A DNA stretch of 64,000 nucleotides. Origin: an uncultured Thermoplasmatales archaeon. Lineage in GTDB: Archaea > Thermoplasmatota > Penumbrarchaeia > Penumbrarchaeales > Penumbrarchaeaceae. The stretch covers positions 34,576 to 98,575 of the forward strand of contig CAYULA010000002.1 in NCBI GenBank assembly GCA_964445525.1, read 5' to 3'. The notes under the pieces are model-generated. The model saw only the letters and a list, made by a program, of their open reading frames with translations. It was not told the DNA's origin and ran no database searches. Below, in pieces: positions 61,901-64,000 of the stretch (the first letter of the stretch is position 1; every line of letters starts with the position of its first letter). The position numbers and the translations under genes are program-made.

Positions 61901-63278
61901 CGAGAACATACGATGGGACATTGACGATGACGGAGTATACGAGAGCGAGGGGTTGCTTACCTTCGAGTACTCCGGATACAACGAGGAAGGCATATTCCAG
62001 GCGGTTCTTGAGGTGATGGACGACGACGGTGCCTGGTCCTCGGATTCCCTGGAGGTTATCGTCAGGCCATCAGACTACAATTTCCCTCCGTCGGTCACAA
62101 TCGATTGCGGGAAGAATTTGACGGGAATGGTGGAGATAACGGGCACCGCAGAAGATGACGTATCCGTCGAATCAGTTGAGGTAAGGATCGAATCCTCAGA
62201 TGGGGAAGTGCTGCCATGGACGGAAGCGGACGGGGAAGAGGAATGGTCCCTCGAATGGGATTCCAGGGGAGTTCCTGACGGTGAATACACCATCTCGGCC
62301 AGGGCATTCGACGGATCAGTTTACTCCGAGACCGATACCTGCCCGGTACGTGTCTCCAACATCAACACACCGCCGGAGATCATCGATTTTGAGATGGATC
62401 CTCCCTCCATGATATCGGGTCAGGAGATAATGATCATGATAACCGCCGTGATATCGGATCCGGACATTCCCGGAGACAGCCTGGAGGTTATCGTGGATCT
62501 GGGGAATCTGGAAGGTCCTCCGTCCCTGGCCCTTGCCGATGACGGCAGGGGAGCCGATGAAGAGGACGGGGACGGTATTTTTTCGGCCGTATTCGATCCT
62601 CCCGTTGATATCCAGCCTGGGACATACAGAATCTTTGTCGAGGCCCGGGATTCCGCAGGCGGTATCGATCAGGATTTTGTTGATTTCAGCGTGGTGTCCG
62701 ATATCATGATAATCCCCAATATATCCCCTACAGACCTTGATCCCGGCGAGGAGGTCCTCATAGAGGTGGAGATCGACACGACCCTTGATGTAATAATAAG
62801 GGCGGAATCCGAACTCTTTCCCAATGGTTCGGTGACCCTGAACGATCAGGGACTGGAGGGTGACAGGGTCCTCGGAGACGGCATCTATTCCAGGAAACTG
62901 GCAATAGACGGCGATCCAGGAAGGTATCCGGTCCTTATAATCGTGGAGGAGGACGGATCGGTCCTCTCCAGGGAAGAGATGGTCATCAGAATAGTTGGAT
63001 CTCCCCAGACCCAGGCGGATGAGGAATCGGGATTGGTATGGATCCTCATCGCGGGTGCTGTTGTGATATTACTCACTCTGGTCATTGTTCTCATGATAGT
63101 TCTGGGTCGGAGGAGCAAACCGGAGATTGATCCTACCCCGGTATACGATCTGCCAATGGTTGCAGAAGTGGTGGAGGCGGAGGTCCTAGAGGGAGAGCTC
63201 CCCGTCGAGGGAGAGATGCCAGAGGTATCCCAGGATCCCGAGTATTCCTATCAGGACGGCTCCCTCCAGGCCGAGTGA
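58926..63278 (+). CDS. Giant (1450 aa) subtilisin-like serine protease (S8) with PKD/Ig-like domains, a C-terminal TM anchor and an acidic cytoplasmic tail
   Basis: Signal peptide. Catalytic Asp (ITIAVLDSGVD), His (HGTHVAGTA) and Ser (GTSMSCPHISG). A PKD-like module (...FVFDGSSSQDTN...YNFDFGDGTE...). TM LVWILIAGAVVILLTLVIVLMIVL. Confidence 0.8.
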   Translation: MRSLSLPTALGILIIVVAGPSSMIAVEGDQEPFEDIIPLDTQVPLSFRGWDRDSDENRVDDMLSGNENLDVTEGMIGINVHMKGPVTAKDVRSVMERAEVLGMDPVFLRVGSHTTAIYLLVRESKDFRSLLIGNVEFVEYRPMTIPFLDSSSPGVRAASSSVYSPFTAEDLGYTGEGITIAVLDSGVDNTLHESLRGKYEYGVDFTGTTVVQGLDPDDVDGHGTHVAGTALGSGGGTETYRGTAPEASLVDLKIFKTFGSFLGNSDQAFEWLIDNHEERDIKVVSCSFGSTNPTSGRDTTAQLANRLVDEGVVVVAAVGNDGAQGIPSPASADKVISVGAYSDQDTIGRGDDVVQGFSNRGPRNSDGDLDQTDELKPDISAPGRDIRAPNHNSVFEYVDKTGTSMSCPHISGIAALMLQANPELSPSDVKSILRDTAQQEYSPSRQNIDDKYNYRSGWGLVDAYGAVKRSVDLLNLEISSPVEVASGIPLDIRLTGEFTKTEYDETPDIHEMELRTPYGWGIPDDIRTDPDMLDADVEVIGPGRSGDSWITTLRTYYNSSFEGAEPELSVTVIPSGGVGDSGNVLGTLTINGINLKAEVKEINITEGPSPPDLSIVPLAISFSDNLPENGDTVVINVRVNNTGGRTVENALIRLLDGPERTGTVIGEDTIMVPSSSFGMAEFEWVANPGIHAITAIADPENEIAESDEDNNEAERPLTVRGINPPPVAQLEVSPSQGTTVTRFVFDGSSSQDTNIRGGNVVAYNFDFGDGTESGWVDTSTIEHRYLSGGSYTASLRVRDNGGGESTNDAEVQVNVSEVSSSKQVLYLTNDSRLDPDPGPPGSREVEGRVGEWSSDPLEETRMIGSLLSLRMEITSMDQGEMEYEIGLLVDGDERVFHTGSQTLLGGEQSFQVDITIEELVVKAGEDISLAISATSSASDTRLLVGEDGTFLEYMYYNPPNMPPEVNAGEDIEVRVDTPVTFSGTADDPDGNIENIRWDIDDDGVYESEGLLTFEYSGYNEEGIFQAVLEVMDDDGAWSSDSLEVIVRPSDYNFPPSVTIDCGKNLTGMVEITGTAEDDVSVESVEVRIESSDGEVLPWTEADGEEEWSLEWDSRGVPDGEYTISARAFDGSVYSETDTCPVRVSNINTPPEIIDFEMDPPSMISGQEIMIMITAVISDPDIPGDSLEVIVDLGNLEGPPSLALADDGRGADEEDGDGIFSAVFDPPVDIQPGTYRIFVEARDSAGGIDQDFVDFSVVSDIMIIPNISPTDLDPGEEVLIEVEIDTTLDVIIRAESELFPNGSVTLNDQGLEGDRVLGDGIYSRKLAIDGDPGRYPVLIIVEEDGSVLSREEMVIRIVGSPQTQADEESGLVWILIAGAVVILLTLVIVLMIVLGRRSKPEIDPTPVYDLPMVAEVVEAEVLEGELPVEGEMPEVSQDPEYSYQDGSLQAE

Positions 63279-63731
63279 TGTTGAAAGGAAAACATAGGAC
63301 CCGAATGCGGTTCCGAAGACCGCCCCGGGTGTTATCGAATGCATCCATCCCCTGTGTTTCATGGGAAGGAGAATGATCAGGTATCCCGCAGTCGTCAGTA
63401 TCAAAAAGAGCCGTGCGCCCTCATACCACACGAATGAGAATGCCTCAAGAGGACCTCGATCCGTGAAATTTCCCAGAAAAGGCGGCAGCAGGGCAAAGGC
63501 ACCCAGAACGGGCCCCATGGTCCACCTGATCCTGCCTTTCCCGTCAATATCAGGAAGGACCGATCCCACGATCAATGCCGCAAAACCGAGACAGAGGATC
63601 TGGATCAGAGGGAAGGTCCTCTCGATCTCGGAGATGGTTATCCCTTGCTGGTATATGCCCAGGGAAAAACCTGTTGCGATCGACAGGACCGCTGTCAGCG
63701 ATACGGAAAGGTGAACCTCCCATCTGGGCAT
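63186..63731 (-). CDS. DUF457 / YdjM-like membrane-bound metal-dependent hydrolase (start at Met 63731, MPRWEV...)
   Basis: A polytopic hydrophobic protein with His/Asp-containing motifs (...LPDIDG..., ...HRGWMHS...). Its 3' end overlaps the protease gene's 3' end by ~93 nt. TATA-like TTTATATA / CTTATAAA sequences lie 30-45 nt upstream of the start. Confidence 0.45.
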   Translation of the reverse strand: MPRWEVHLSVSLTAVLSIATGFSLGIYQQGITISEIERTFPLIQILCLGFAALIVGSVLPDIDGKGRIRWTMGPVLGAFALLPPFLGNFTDRGPLEAFSFVWYEGARLFLILTTAGYLIILLPMKHRGWMHSITPGAVFGTAFGSYVFLSTSLGLEGAVLIGILGILGYLWHLSLDGELSL

Positions 63732-63783
63732 GCCATCCCCTTTATAAGTGGATCGGTGTGGAGTATATAAATGGTTTTTGTTC

Positions 63784-64000
63784 TCACCACGGCTCCTTCT
63801 TGACACCGATCCAGTATCCTATGTAATTTGCAATTGTGTGTGCAAGCCAGGCAACGGCAAAAAACAGTATCAGAGCTATCCAGGAGAAATCCGCTATGAG
63901 ATGATCGTACCACCACGGAAAAAAGGGGATTATGAAAATTGCGGTCCCGATCAGATAATCCCACTGGTCCAGAAGAGGCGTTCTGGTGCCCCTGGGCCTG
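63784..64000 (-). CDS. Partial gene (C-terminal part of a hydrophobic membrane protein) running off the window end
   Basis: The reverse strand reads ...LIGTAIFIIPFFPWWYDHLIADFSWIALILFFAVAWLAHTIANYIGYWIGVKKEPW and then a stop at 63784-63786. Confidence 0.3.
   Translation of the reverse strand, partial: RPRGTRTPLLDQWDYLIGTAIFIIPFFPWWYDHLIADFSWIALILFFAVAWLAHTIANYIGYWIGVKKEPW

Overview
This window reads as an archaeal chromosomal segment, probably from the Thermoplasmatota or a related euryarchaeal lineage. The archaeal markers are: transcription factor B; the ribosomal-protein/RNA-polymerase cluster uS13-uS4-uS11-RpoD followed by a tRNA-Leu(GAG); proteasome beta subunit; the aCPSF1 (FttA) termination factor; a class-II HMG-CoA reductase; and a tungsten-type aldehyde:ferredoxin oxidoreductase (AOR) operon with ferredoxin, MoeB/ThiF-like, MoaD-like and MobB-like genes. 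About a third of the window encodes very large (800-1500 aa) secreted proteins that are anchored by a single C-terminal transmembrane helix and carry short cytoplasmic tails. The tails are Q/P-rich in two cases, a zinc ribbon in one, and a winged-helix DNA-binding domain in one. No CRISPR array, rRNA gene or obvious transposase/integrase was seen. The main points of interest are:
- a convergent pair of ~1000-aa surface proteins that share an N-terminal CxxC thioredoxin-fold module, one of them fused to a TlpA-like redoxin and a C-terminal CcdA/DsbD-beta membrane domain;
- a presenilin/SPP-type GxGD intramembrane protease with a ~330-aa extracytoplasmic insert;
- a bacterial-type queA-tgt operon in this archaeal context;
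- a GrpE with an N-terminal degenerate HNH-like zinc ribbon, sitting next to an archaeal ATPase-DUF234 gene and an HTH-STAND-TPR NTPase;
- a low-GC island carrying AlbA_2/HATPase_c_4, DUF1294 and Fic genes;
- a 1500-aa GLUG-repeat protein whose composition changes along its length;
- a tRNA-Leu locus surrounded by partial direct and inverted copies of the tRNA.
All calls rest on motif recognition by eye. No database search was run.
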